A DNA stretch of 64,000 bases from Mobula hypostoma (taxonomy: Eukaryota). A model generated the notes under the pieces. That model made no database searches, was not told the origin of the DNA, and saw only the letters and a program-made list of their open reading frames with translations. Each line of letters starts with the position of its first letter. Within the stretch, counting starts at the first letter, position 1. The DNA lies in the NCBI RefSeq assembly GCF_963921235.1, contig NC_086108.1, forward strand, positions 34,846,001 to 34,910,000, given 5' to 3'. Positions 1 through 13,200 of the stretch are shown one piece after another. The translations under genes and the position numbers were made by a program.

Positions 1-372
1 GTAGCCACAAGGGCCATATCTAACTTCCTTTTAAACATAGCTAATGAACTGGCCTCAACAGTTTGCTGTGGCAGAGAATTCCACAGATTCACCACTCTCT
101 GTGTGAAGAAGTTTTTCCTAACCTCGGTCCTAAAAGGCTTCCCCTCTATCCTCAAACTGTGACCCCTCGTTCTAGACCTCCCCAACATCGGGAACAATCT
201 TCCTGCATCTAGCCTGTCCAATCCCTTTAGGATCTTATACGTTTCAATCAGATCCCCCCTCAATCTTCTAAATTCCAACGAGTACAAGCCCAGTTCATCC
301 AGTCTTTCTTCATATGAAAGACCTGCCATCCCAGGAATCAATCTAGTGAACCTTCTTTGTACTCCCTCTATG
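1..372 (-). mobile_element. CR1 LINE fragment (3' end of ORF2), cut by the window edge
   Basis: Closely similar to 3030-3330 of the CR1 below (gcagagaattccacagattcaccactctctgtgtgaagaagttttt...ccaggaatcaatctagtgaacc). Confidence 0.85.
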
Positions 373-2499
373 ATACAGTATTCCTCCGGTGTGATATCAC
401 AGAAACACAGGACAGACCAAGACTGAAAAACTGACAAAAACCACATATTCATAACATATAGTTACATCAGTGCAAGCAGTACCATAACTTGATGAAGAAC
501 AGGCCATGGGCACGGTAAAAAAGTTCAAAGTCTCTCAAAAATATTGACTCAAGGGGCAGGTTCGAAGAGCCAGATGGCCTTTTCCTGGTCCCGTCATCTT
601 GTGGGTTCTTAAGCTGTGCTCGCTATGTGTTAAAAGTGGAAATGCCATAGCGTCCAGTCTTTTGATGTCAATCTTGACCCCAATTTAAGCATCTGTCTAC
701 AATTCTGCTGAAAGGTGACCATTTGCTCTTGCATAACATCTTCTCTCTCTCTCCATCTGTTTTGAAACAGCCAGCAACAGTGAGAAACTACAGCATTCAG
801 ACCAGAGCGAAAATTGGCTCAGGATGAGTATTTACTTGTACATACTGTGCAGGTTCATTATCCCATCAGTCTATTGTAGCCGTTTGAAAAGGTTTCATAA
901 ATCACTGTCATTCTGTAGCAGCCCAGAGTGGTTTGCAGGAGCACTGAAGAATGACTGGAATGTGCACTAACTAATGCCTGGGGAGTTGTGCAGGACAAGG
1001 GTTCAGAGAGAAATGACAGCTTCTCGTTAAACCGATGTTTTTTTTTAAGAGTTTGGTTTAAAAGGGAGTCACTTTGACAAGACTTCTTTTGAAAAGGAGA
1101 ATTGTTACAAAGAATTTTGTGTTGTCTCTTTTTGTCTTGCTTACTGTTTCATTTGGTAGATGATGAGATATGATAGGCACTTTCATCCGACTGAATTTAT
1201 GACTACTCTAGTGCGACTCCATTACAATGAAATCAGAATGTGCCTATGGTAATGTGACTGGGATTGAGGGTGCTAGTCATTTCCTAGTTATAAAAGCAGA
1301 AATTGCTATAGGTCAGCAAGGTTACATGCTGGGCACAACATTGTGGGCCAAAGGGCCTGTAATGTGCTGTAGATTTCTATGCTGTATGTTCTATGATGGA
1401 AGAGTCGTCTACCTGAAAGGTTAACTGTTTCTTTTTCCACAGAGGCTGCCTAACCTGTTGAGTGTTTACAGCATTTTCTGTTTTATTTCTGATTTCCAGC
1501 ATTTGCAGTGTTTTTGATTAGCTTAGTTCTCGCCACACCTTTGCATCTATTAATTCAGCCTATGATAGCAAAGCTGTCTGCATATTTAATTGCTAGAGTT
1601 TATTAATAGATGGTGCTTTTCTAATACCTAAGTACACTTAGCTTCAGTTGTGTTCCTCCTTCAAGAGGAAGTGTCCAAAACTCTGTTTGTTATTGTGCTG
1701 AAAATATTGTTGTCTTATACTTTTAGCTAAAACAAAAATCTTATCCTCTACATCTGTGTTTGAAATGGTTTCCAATCTTCAATTTATAATTTGGAAAGGG
1801 AATTTCAGCACAGCACTTGGATTTAATCAAAGCTATCATTACTCTCTAATTAGTTGTAGGTTACAATAGTCCAAAGCTAAATAACATGTTGACAAGGGGT
1901 ACGGTTTAATTTAAATTCTCTCCTGATCCCCACATCCATTGATTCACATTGTGTCCAAAATATGTATTCAGCATATTCAACAACATGCCACCAGATTCAG
2001 GAACAGTTATTACCCAAAACCATCGGGTTTCTCAACAACCACAGATAACTTCAGTCACCTCTATGAACTGATTTTACGACCTGCAGACTCAAGTTCAAGG
2101 ACTCTTTACAACTCACATTCTCAACATTATTCTTCTATTTGCGCGGTTTGTCTTCCTTCACATATTGGTTGTTTGCCAGCCTTTGCTTATGTATAGTTTG
2201 TAAAATTCTATTAGGTTTATAGTTTCTTGTAAACGCTTGCAAGAAAATTACTCTCAATGTTTTATATTCTTGGAGCGTTCTTTTGTCTTCATGGTGTAGT
2301 TTTTGCCAGGATACTGACTCACCAACGGTTGGGCTTTCCAGATACAAGTGTATTTTTACTACAATCAATTGAAACACTTGACTGCACACAAGTCTCCAAA
2401 AACAGATCTCCATTTAACTAATTATGTGACTTTTAAAACCAACTGGCTACACCAGTGATGATTTGGTGTGCTGTATTAAAGGGAGGTGGTTACTTATGC

Positions 2500-2733
2500 C
2501 AGGGGGTCCCCAACATTTTTTGCACCGCGGACTGGTTTAATATTGACAATATTCTTACTGACCGGCGGGGGCGGGGGGGGGTTCAAGTTCAACAGTGGGC
2601 GTGACAGGGAATGAGGAAAGATTCAGCTGACTCATATCGTTTCATATCGCCAAAGCATATCGTTTCTGCGCGGCCCAATAGCACATGCTCAGGGCCCGGT
2701 ACTGGTCCATGGCCTGGTGATTGGGGACCACTG
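2500..2733. mobile_element. Non-autonomous hAT (Charlie-like) MITE, 234 bp
   Basis: Termini CAGGGGGTCCCCAA ... TTGGGGACCACTG; perfect 8-bp TSD ACTTATGC at 2492-2499 and 2734-2741. Confidence 0.9.
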
Positions 2734-2880
2734 ACTTATGCAATCAATTGTTTTGTGTTTTATATTTGTAATTTATTTAGATGACTTTGATCTGTTTTCA
2801 CTTTGACATGAAAGAGCCTTTTTCTGTTGATCAGTGTCAATAAAGCCAAATTAAATCCACTGTAATTCAATGTTGTAAAA

Positions 2881-5750
2881 CAATAGACAATAGGTGCAGG
2901 TGTAGGCCATTCAGCCCTTCGAGCCAGCACCGCCATTCACCGTGATCATGGCTGATCATTCACAATCAGTACCTGTTCCTGCCTTTTCCCCATGTCCCTT
3001 CACTCCACTATCTTTAAGAGCTCTAACGCTTTCTTGAAAGAATCCAGAGAATTGGCCTCCATTGCCTTCTGAGGCAGAGCATTCCACAGAACCACAACCC
3101 TCTGTGTGAAAAAGTTTTTCCTCAGCTCCGTTCTAAACTGTGGCCTTTGGTTCTGGACTCCCCCAACATCGGAAACATGTTTCCTGCCTCTATATGTTTC
3201 AATCAGATCCCCTCTCATCCTTCTAAATTTCAGTGTATGCAAGCCCAGTCGCTCCAATCTTTCAACATATGACATTCCCACCATCCCTGGAATTAACCCA
3301 GTGAACCTCCGCTGCACTCCCTCAATAGCAAGAATGTCCTTCCTCAAATTTGGAGACCAAAACTGCACACAATACTCCTTGTGGGGTCTCACCAGGGCCT
3401 TGTACAACTGCAGAAGGACCTCTTTGCTCCTATATTCAACTCCCCTTATTATGAAGGCCAACATGCCATTAGCGTTCTTCATGGCCTGCTGTACCTATAT
3501 GCTTACTTTCAGTGACTGATGAACAAGGACACCCAGATCTCGTTGTACTTCCCCTTTTCCTAACTTGACACCATTCAGATAGTAATCTGCCTTCCTGTTC
3601 TTGCCACCAAAGTGGATAACCTCATATTTATCCACATTAAACTGCATCTGCCATGCATCTGCCCACTCACCCAACCTGTCCGAGTCACCCTGTATTCTCA
3701 TAACATCCTCCTCACATTTCACACTGTCACCCAGCTTTGTGTCATCTGCAAATTTGCTAATGTTACTTTTAATTCCTTCATCTAAATCATTAATGTATAT
3801 TGTAAATAGCTGCGGTCCCAGCACCGAGCCTTGCGGTACCCCACTAGTCACTGCCTGCCATTCTGAAAAGGACCCATTAATCCCTACTCTTTGTTTCCTG
3901 TCTGCCATCCAATTTTCTATCCATGTCAGTACCCTACCCCCAACATCATGTGCTCTAGTTTGGCCTACTAACCTCCTATGTGGGACCTTATCAAAGGCTT
4001 TCTGAAAGTCCAGGTACACTACATCCTCTGGCTTTCCCATGTCCATTTTCATAGTTACATCCTCAAAAAATTCCAGAAGATTAGTCAAGCATGATTTCCC
4101 CTTCGTAAATCCATGCTGACTCGGACCTATCCTGCCACTGCTATCCAAATATGCCGCTATTTCATCTTTTATAATTGACTCCAGCATCTTCCCCAGATGT
4201 CAGACTAACTGGTCTATAATTGCCTGTTTTCTCTCTCCCTCCTTTCTTAAAAAGTGGGATAACATTAGCTACCCTCCAATCCGCAGGAACTGATCCTGAA
4301 TCTATAGAACATTGGAAAATGATTACCAATGCGTCCATGATTTCTAGAGCCACCTCCTTAAGTACCCTGGGATGCAGACCATCAGGCCCTGGAGATTTAT
4401 CAACCTTCAGTCCCTTCAGTTTACCCAACACCATTTTCTGCCTAATGCGAATATCCTTCAGTTCCTCCGTTACCCTAGGACTTTTGGCCACTATTACATC
4501 TGGGAGATTGTTTGCGTCTTCCCTAGTGAAGACAGATCCAAAGTACCCGTTCAGCTCGTCTGCCATTTCCTTGTTCCCCATAATAATTTCACCCGTTTCT
4601 GTCTTCAAGGGCCCAACTTTAGTATTAACTAATTTTTTCCTCTTCACAAACCTAAAGAAGCTTTTACTATCCTCCTTTATATTCTTGGCTAGCTTACCTT
4701 CGCACCTCATCTTTTCCCCCCGTATTGCCTTTTTAGTTATCTGATGTTGCTCCTTATAAGTCTCCCAATCCTCTGATTTCCCACTCATCCTTGCTATGTT
4801 ATACCTCCTCTCTTTTATTTTTATACTATCCTTAACTTCCCTTGTCAGCCACGGTCACCCCTTACTCTCCTTAGAATCTTTCTTCCTCTTTGGAATGAAC
4901 TGATCCTGCACCTTCTGTATTATTCCCAGAAATACCTGCCATTGTTGTTCCACTGTCATCCCTGCTAGGGTCTCTTTCCAGTCAACTATTGCCAGCTCCT
5001 CCCTCATGTGTCCATAGTCCCCTTTGTTCAACTGTAATACTGACACTTCCGATTTTCCCTTCTCCCTCTCAAATTGTAGATTAAAACTTATCATATTATG
5101 GTCACTACCTCCTAATGGCTCCTTTACCTCGAGTTCCCTGATCAAATCTGGCTCATTACACAACACTAAATCCAGAATTGCCTTCTCCCTGGTAGGTTCT
5201 AATACAAGCTTCTCTAAGAATCCATCTCTGAGGTTCTCCACAAACTCCCTTTCTTGGGGTCCAGTACCACCTTGATTTTCCAGTCTACCCACATGTTGAA
5301 ATCCCCCATAACAACCGTAGTATTACCTTTGTGACATGCCAAATTTAACTCTTGATTTAACTTGCACCCTATATCCAGGTTTCTGTTTGGGGGCCTGTAG
5401 ATAACTCCCATTAGGGTCTTTTTGCCCTTACAGTTTCTCAGTTCTATCCATACTGACTCTACATCTCCTGATTCTATGTCCCCCTCGCAAGTGACTGAAT
5501 TTCATTCCTCACTAACAGAGCCACCCACCCCCTCTGCCAAACTGACTATCCTTTTGATAGGATGTATATCCTGAATATACATTTCACAGCCCTGTCCTCT
5601 TGCAGCCATGTCTCTGTTATTCCCACAACGTCATACTTGCCAATTTCCAGTTGAGCCTCAAGCTCATCCACTTTATTTCTTATACTCCGTGCATTCATAT
5701 ATAATACTTTTAATTCATTTAAAGTAATACTTCTACTCCCCTCACCTTTC
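2881..5750 (-). mobile_element. CR1 LINE, 5'-truncated near the start of ORF2, with a frameshifted EN-RT pseudo-ORF
   Basis: Successive minus-strand ORFs: APE endonuclease (LKVLYMNARSIRNK...GITETWL; VMGDFN; GSDHN), RT (KSPGPDG; QHGFTKGKSCLTNL; YLDFQKAFDKV; GVPQGSVLGP; KFADD) and the CR1 C-terminus (EYCVQFWSP). CAATAGACAATAG tail at 2881. Confidence 0.95.
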
Positions 5751-5979
5751 AAAATAAAACATGTAAAATACTTTTTATAGGCACTGAATGGATTATTTTA
5801 GGAAACAAATGTCACTGACGTATGGACCTTTAGCAACAGAACCCCTAGGAAACCAGGGCCAAAGCTGTCTGCTGCAGTTCCAAGTGAAAGTCAATAATAA
5901 CTCTTACTTTCATTTGGAGAACACCTTTACAATCTCAGAGCATCCAACATGCATTACATGCATCCTACCATACATGTAT

Positions 5980-6290
5980 CATTTGAAGTATGGGCATGGT
6001 CATAAAATAAGAAGTCCTTTCGGGCACCAGTGTGGTCATGATCAGATTTCCTTGGGAGATTTGGTGGGACATCCAAAATATTTCCTCCGTTTTGATAACA
6101 AGTTGTGGCCAAGAATCATTGGGGCCCACCTGAGAATTTGGAAAGAGTCTTGTTTTTTTTAAACTCATCAAAGCAAAGTGCAGCACTCTGTCCATGTTGC
6201 AGTGGAGTGTCAGATTCTGTTTAGCTCTCAAGAGTTTCAAGTGGGATTTGAACTCAGTAACCTTCTGCCTCAGGGCAAGATTAGAGAGGA
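5980..6290 (-). mobile_element. Degenerate DeuSINE (SacSINE1-like) copy
   Basis: gtgcagcactc...gcagtggagtgtcaga...gtgggatttgaactcagtaaccttctgcctcag resembles the reverse complement of a tRNA-derived DeuSINE head (recognised from memory). Confidence 0.5.
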
Positions 6291-6497
6291 GCTTTCCTGA
6301 AGCCTGGAGGGAGGATGGGATAACATTTTCTGAAGGATCAGATTATACTGTAATTTCTCATTGAAAGTCATGCTTTTTCCATCCAGTGCAGACAATAGTA
6401 CTTGGTTCCAAATATCAATTCTGGGTTTAATGGGAGTGGTGTGGCTGGAGCAAAGTACCCAGTCCAGATGAAGGGTCTTGACCCGAAAGATCAATTG

Positions 6498-7930
6498 AAT
6501 CAGAATCAAGTTTATCTTCACTGATGTATGTCCTGAAGTTTGTTGTTTTGCAATATCAGTACTGTGCAATACATAAAAAAATGTGAAAATACATAAAACA
6601 TTGAAAAGAAATATAAAAATACTTTATAAAATAGTGTGAAAAGAGACCAAGATGCGTGGTTGGGTTCGTGGTCTGTTCTGAAACCTGATGGCAGTGTGCA
6701 ACTTCAGGCTGCTATACTTCCTCCCTGATGGTAGCAATGTGAGGAGGGTGTGTCCTGCGTAGTGAGGGTACATAATGATGGATGCCGCCTAGCTGAGACA
6801 TCACCTGTTAAAGATGTTCTCGATGGTAGGGAGGCTAGTGCCTGTGATGGAGCTGGCTGAATTTACAAACCCTTTGCAGCTTTTGCCAATCCTGCATGTT
6901 GGAGCCTCCATGCCAGGCAATTGGTGAAATAACAAATCTCCTCAAACTCCTAATGAAATATAGCTACTGGCATGCCTTCTTTGTAATTGCACAATATGTC
7001 GGGTTCAGGATAGAACTTCAAAGATGTTGACACCCGGGAACTTGAAGCTGCTCATCATTTACCCTGCTGTCTCCTCAATGAGGTTTGGTGTGTGTTCCTC
7101 GACTTCCCTTTCCTGAAGTCCACAATCAAGTCTTTGTCCTTACTGACATTGACTGCAAGGATGCTGTTGTGACACCACTCAACCAGCTGATCTAACTCAT
7201 CCTGTACACGTCCTCCCCACCATCTGACATTCAGCCGTGGTACCATTGGTGAATTTGTGCATACCGTTTGAGCTATGCACATCCACACAGTTGTGGGGGT
7301 AAAGAGGGTAGAGCAGTGGGTTAAGCACGCATTCTTGAGCTACGCCTGTGTTAATTGTCAGAGAGGGAGAGATATTATTTCAGATGTGGACTGACTCTCA
7401 CCTCCCAACGAGGAAGTCAAGGATCCAGCTGCAGAGGGAGGTACAGAGGCCCAGGTTTTGAGGTTTGTTGATTAATTCTGAGGGAAAGTTCATGTTGACT
7501 GCTGAATTGTAATTAATGAACAGTTGTCTGAGGTAGATATTGCTGTTGTTCAGGTGGTCCAAGGCCAAACGGAGCACCAGATAGATTGCATTTGCTGTAG
7601 ACTTATTGTAGTGCAAGGCAAATTGCAACACGTCCAGGTCTTTGCTTAGCAAGGAGCTAATTCTAGCCATGACCAACATCTCAAAGCACTACATCAAAGT
7701 AAATGTGAGGCAGTTCAGCCCACCCTTCTTGGCCACTGGTATGATTGATGCCCTTTTGAAGCAGGTGGGAACTCTGACTGCACCAGTGAGAGATTGAAGA
7801 TGTCCTTGAATACTCAGCCATCTGGTTGGCACAAGTTTTCAATACACTACCAGGTACATCATCAGGCCCAACACCTTACAAGGGTTTCACCCTTAGGAAA
7901 GATGTTCTAACATCAGCCTCTCAGACAGAT
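6498..7930 (-). mobile_element. Rex1/Babar-clade LINE relic
   Basis: ORF 7398-7679 (LDVLQFALHYNKSTANAI...LRQLFINYNSA...LCSWILDFL) and ORF 7055-7288 (LVEWCHNSILAVNVSKDKDLIVDFRK) are degenerate Rex1 RT motifs; aatcagaatcaagtttat 3' tail. Confidence 0.8.
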
Positions 7931-8954
7931 ATGCAGAGCTGTGCAAAATTATAGTTTCATTCTGCCTTTTGAAGTATGCATAAAAGGTGGTCAGCTGCAT
8001 GGGGAATAAAGCATCACAGCCATTTATGATGTTAGGTTTCAAATGGCAGAGCAGACTCGATGGGCCAAATGGCCTAATTCTGCTCCTATGTCTTATGGTC
8101 TTAAGTCAGGCCACAAACAGTCACTTATTCTGGTGGCTAACTGGCGTAATTCTGCTCCGATGTTTTATGGTCTTATGGTCTTAGCAGCATCTATTGAGGG
8201 GAATAAACAGTCAATGCTTTGGGCTGAAATCCTTCATCCATGCACTTTTGAATGTGGGAGAAGCCCGAGCTTCAGTCTACGTGAGGCAGTAAAGGCCCTG
8301 GTGCTGCTTCCTACTGATTCTTAACTTTGAGGAACTGTTTGGATTCAAGTCTCGTTTACAAGCTTAACCTGTCTGTTATTATTGATAGTCACCATGTGCC
8401 TGCCTTCTCAGCATACTCTTTGTTCAGTGTAAATGTGTTTTGCATCCTTAAATATACCTAATTAACATCGGTAACTGTCATTAAAACACTCATTCCTTAT
8501 TCAAACTCATCCAAAATGCTTTACCATCAGGACAGAATCGGCGATTTAGCTGGGCTGTTCACATATTTGTGGATTCATAGAACACGTGGAACAAATTGCC
8601 AACATTTTTCTTTCTAAATAATGATCAGAAAATTCCTAAGGGAATTTTCTTGGAAATTAAGCTCAGCTAATGCAAATTATCCAAAGATTACCTCAGGGTA
8701 TTTTGATTTGGCTCAGTTATAGTGTAATTTTTTTTAAATAGATACAAGTCCCAGAATACTAACTCAGTGCAATTTTGGTTATATATTTCATTATAAAGTG
8801 GAGTGACAAATCTAACATTAGACTGGTGATATCTTCTTGACACTTCAGTCCAGCATCTCAGTATTTCAGTTTAATAGTAACAAGAGCCACAAGAGCCGAG
8901 GCTAAATAGCGGAAATGGCTCAGTTTATAAGAGGGCAGTAGCAGTTGAATCATC

Positions 8955-9345
8955 GCTGGTAGAGCCACAGCCTCACAGTCCAGAGACCCTGATTCAGCCC
9001 TGACCATCAGTACAGTCTGCAAATCTTCTACAAAATCCTTCCCTTTCACTTGGAATTGCATTATCATAGCAGTTAGCAAAATGCTATTGCAACTCAGAGC
9101 GTACATTCACCCTGTGACCATGTGAGTTCTGTCTCAGTGCTCTGGTTTTTCCCCACATCCTAAGATTGTATGGATTGGTAGAGTGATTGGGCTACTTTAA
9201 ATTGATCCTGGTGTGTTTTTTACTTTTGGGGAAAGATTTGATGGGAATGTAGGAAGCATTCATAAGTTGGGTTAATGTTGCATTAGCATAAAGGTGGAAT
9301 GGCCGAGGGCTGGAACCGGCTTGCTGGGCCGAAGGGGCTCTTTCC
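8955..9345 (+). mobile_element. V-SINE (HE1-like), degenerate, with an internal insertion
   Basis: tRNA-like head (ggtagagccacagcctcacag...ccctgattc), V-domain-like ccctgtgaccatgtgagtt...ggtttttccccacatcctaaga, CR1-type tail ctgggccgaaggg. Confidence 0.55.
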
Positions 9346-9989
9346 AAAAAATAGAGTTTTTTCACAAAACGAAGAAATGCAGTGGGAGAAGAGCTCGGAT
9401 GCATTCATGGGCCGCAATATTTGAGTGGACAAATTGATTTGCATTGTAGATAGTCGAGACAGGAGCCATCCACAGCCAACCTAACTTGCAGATTCCAAAA
9501 ATCACGGTAAGTTAGATTGTGCCAGCTTGTCAGCAGGTTGTACCCATGTTTGGCCGACGCCATGTACCCATGTCCCCTAGGCCTGAGTCGACGTAGTAGT
9601 GCACCCATGTTGAGTGGGGGCTTCCTCCTCTGGCTCACTCTGAAATGACCTTGACACAGACTCCAGCCTGATTAGCTCTGCTTGGTGAGCTTAAAAGAAT
9701 AAGCATACTGTGGCGTGAAATTAAAAAAAGCCACTTGATTGGTGGCGGCAGAAATCGTTCTGAGTGAGGCAGTCTGGCTAGGCATGGTTCCCTTGTGTAA
9801 GTCGGTACCTTTAGTGACCATAGGTTCAGCAGCTAATGCGCAGAAGAGTAGACTCTTCTACAACAGAAGTAAAATGTATGATGGCAAACTCAATGGAGAG
9901 ATACTTCAATCTGCTATACTGGATGATGGGAAATTATCATGTGGTAATTAATGTGAAAGGCTTGTGGATGAGATTTCACCAATATTTGC

Positions 9990-10255
9990 ATTTAGAGATA
10001 CAGCACAGAGTAGGCCCTACTGGCCCTTCAAGCAGCACCACCTTACAACTCCGATTTACCTCCGACCTAATCACGGGACAATTTGCGATGACCAGTCACC
10101 TGCCTGATACATCTTTGAACTGTGGGAGGAAACCAGAGCACGCGGGGGAAAGCCACGCATTCCACAAGGAGGACAGACAGACTCCTTACAAAGGAGGCTG
10201 GGATTGAGCTCCAAACTCCAACACCCCAAGTTGTAATAGCATCGTGCTAACTGCC
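9990..10255 (-). mobile_element. SINE with V-domain-like core
   Basis: tgtgggaggaaaccagagcacgcgggggaaagccacgca is the reverse complement of the V-SINE central domain. Confidence 0.55.
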
Positions 10256-13200
10256 TCAGTAGTACAGGTCCAGGTGAAAGGGTTGTGGGATGAATGGTTT
10301 TATACAAGATGGCTGGTGGTGTGCTGTGTGGCCAGACTCCGCCAATATAAACGCTTGCTCTTTTTAGATACAGTGTCATACTGCACAGAAACAGGCCCTT
10401 CTGCCCAGCGTATTCATACTGATATTTAAAAAATTAGTAAGGCAAAAACAGAAAATGCTAGAAATCTAAAGTTTAAAAAAAACAGAAAAACAATGTAAAG
10501 GCTCAGTGGATCAGGCAAGCTGTGCAGAGGGAAACAGCATCAACATATCACATTCAGTAATTCTCACCACAGATGCTGCCTGACCTACTGAGTATCTCCA
10601 GTATTTTTTAATTGCGTCACTCTCTTGTTAGACACCCAATAAATCAATGTTTTCTCAGGCCGGATTGAAATGTTCAGAGTGTTGGGGCCTGAGGTGAGGT
10701 ACAGGCCGGTTCGGATTGCTGCTCCAAGACATTTACTCATCTCTGCGCTGAACTATGGAACTCTCTTTATGGGCTTCAGTTCAGAAACACTATTTGCTTG
10801 TGGTCACTGTTTGCACGATGTTTTCTTTTCATTGCACATTGGGTGTTCGATGGTCTTTTTTATATGTTATTTTATTTTATTTTTTATGGGCTTAAAGTGT
10901 TTTTTATTCTCTGCACACTGAGTATTGGACAGTTTTTTTTATATACATAGATGGGGTTTGTTTTGGGGTTTCTTTGCTTCGTGGCTGTCTGTTCGGAAAC
11001 AAATCTCAAGGTTGTACAATATACTTTGATAATAAATGTACTTTGAACTTGCTCTTAAGAGAGCTTGTTATTTTTTTTAACCTCTGGCTTGATCCCTAGA
11101 TCCCAGTAGCTAAATGGATTTCAATTGATGTGAACTCACTCCATTGGAGGAAAAGTAGGGTCAGTTTAGGGATTGTTATGGAATCAGATGATCAAGTGTT
11201 TCTCAGCTCTGGCCTGTTGGAAGAAGTGACTCTGTCATTCCACTTCACAAGGAAAAATACTATTTTCTCTCTTTTCAGTTGCTTTGAACTTTGAAGTTTC
11301 AAGCACTCGTGTCCCAATTTGTTACAAAGATGTCGGGGAAGTCCTTTGCAGTCACTATGGCAGTACAGTAATTCATGGCCATTTCTTTTCTTCTGCTCAC
11401 ATTCTAAAAGATACTAAGCCAATCCTTCATACATCTGACTTTCAGTTGCTTTGTTAGCACTCAACTACAGAGAGCTCGATGCCATAAATCAAGTGAATGG
11501 ATCTGATAAGTTTTATTTGATCTGTAAGTCAGAGGGAGGGGAAAGAAGATTTGCCTGAAATGCCCAAGGAAAATTGAACAGCTACTGAAACCCCAGTTAC
11601 CAGGTTTTTTTTATCACACAGCCTCACCAATAGAGTCAACTTTCAAAGTTGGCTATTTAATGTGTGGCTCCCATCCAAGCCTCCTCTTCCCTGCAATAAT
11701 GTTTTAGATGCTTGAACACACATCTGGGTAGCTCTGAGCTAATTAAAAGTGTGAATAGCAGTACTTGGGCATTCCAAGTGATTTTCACTTCGCAATGAAT
11801 AAATTCAGATGGACACTGGATAGGAAAGAACAATAAGAGAAACAAAAACCAGCACATAAAAAATAGTCTCTTTCTGGCTGGGTTCAAAGAACAAAACATC
11901 AATTTTAAACAGCACGGAACTGATTTATTAATATGCAATTATTTTACACAGGCCAGCTTTGGCAGGAACTATTTCCCACTGTTAGTTCTGTTAAGGGAAA
12001 AGCCCTGTAAGAACTCATTTAAAACCATCAGATTGTTCAGCCTGTACCCCAGCTTGTTACCTCAAGGAGGGAGCAGAGTTATATAGAGACATTTTGGATA
12101 AACTACTTTATTGCTGCAGTGACTGCAAAGGATTTTCCTGCACCTTCACTATAAATACTTACACAAGTAGACTTTGTGGAAAGAAGCTAGTTGGTTCCTG
12201 TGGCAGAAGAATGGTTTCAGTATTTTCTACGGTGGTGTAGAATGAGCAGGAATAGACAATGGAGGATAAACTCCAGCTTCATTCTCCCAACTTAAGTTAT
12301 ACTTCCCAGGTACAACTACACAGCTCAAACTCTGCCAGCTGAGAACATCTGAGAGATCTTACAGTATTGGATCAAACAAATTGTGCCAATACTGTACAAT
12401 TTGTACAATCATTTATACTAGGAAAAATTCTGGGCATGAACCCTAACCAAGGTGATGGGAGCTTCAACTGAGAAGCTCTCAATTAAATCCTGAAGCCAAA
12501 ATTATCGTGTTAATGATCAGCATATCTGATGTCTTGAAATGTAATCAACAGCTGAAGGGTTTGGAAAGCTAGTTTTAACCAGTCACAAGCTGTAGTGGTT
12601 GGTCATGTTGACATGAATGGATTCATCACAAGGGCAGGCTAGTTTGGAGTATGGTGCCCAATGCTTGGCGCAGTGAGGTCCAAACTGAAATACCCACTGA
12701 AGTCATGGAGTGGAGCTAAACAACCTTGATGTAGTTGTTCCTCTGATTCTGGCTTGGAAAAAAAAACAATTTTCAGTTGCATAGTACAGAAAAAACATGC
12801 TGTTTTATTCAATTGAATTTCTAGACTGTAGATAGAGTTCATAGATGTGAACTTGAAAATGATCTCCACCTGAATCAGCACAGCATAATAGCAGGAGCCT
12901 TATCTCACATTGTTAGTTTGAGCTGCTAGAAAAGATATAAGATGGCAGTCCAAACAGAAGGTGGAAGGCATAATCTACTGTGCTGTGGATGTCTCAATTA
13001 TTCAATAAAGTGAGATGCCTTTTAGTTAGCAGGGTTACCCGTGGTTCTGTGATCAGTGTCCCAGCTTCAGTACTGTTGGGGTAAATCCTCTCGCCCTTGG
13101 CCCTGCTGAGTTTTTGTAATGACAATGTGATGGCAGCATTACGTTGAAAGAGCTGAGGCTGATGCAGTGTTCCACCCTGCTGACTCTGACTGAGCACAAA

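Larger units (their letters stand above)
2269..5786 (-). mobile_element. Tc1/mariner left end (TIR, 5' leader, start of transposase), interrupted by a hAT MITE and a CR1
   Basis: Minus strand begins CAGTGCCTATAAAAAGTATT at 5786 (Tc1-type terminus), resumes at about 2880-2742 and 2499-2293, and reaches ATG AAG ACA AAA GAA CGC TCC AAG (MKTKERSK, Tc1-transposase-like start) at 2292. Confidence 0.75.

Noticed and set aside
3106..4744. Long plus-strand ORFs (134-174 aa) over the CR1
   Set aside because: Antisense shadows of CR1 ORF2.
9539..9610. ACCCATGT repeats resembling MS2 operator stem-loops (synthetic tag)
   Set aside because: The 5' arm ACATGAGGATC is missing, so the MS2 hairpin cannot form.
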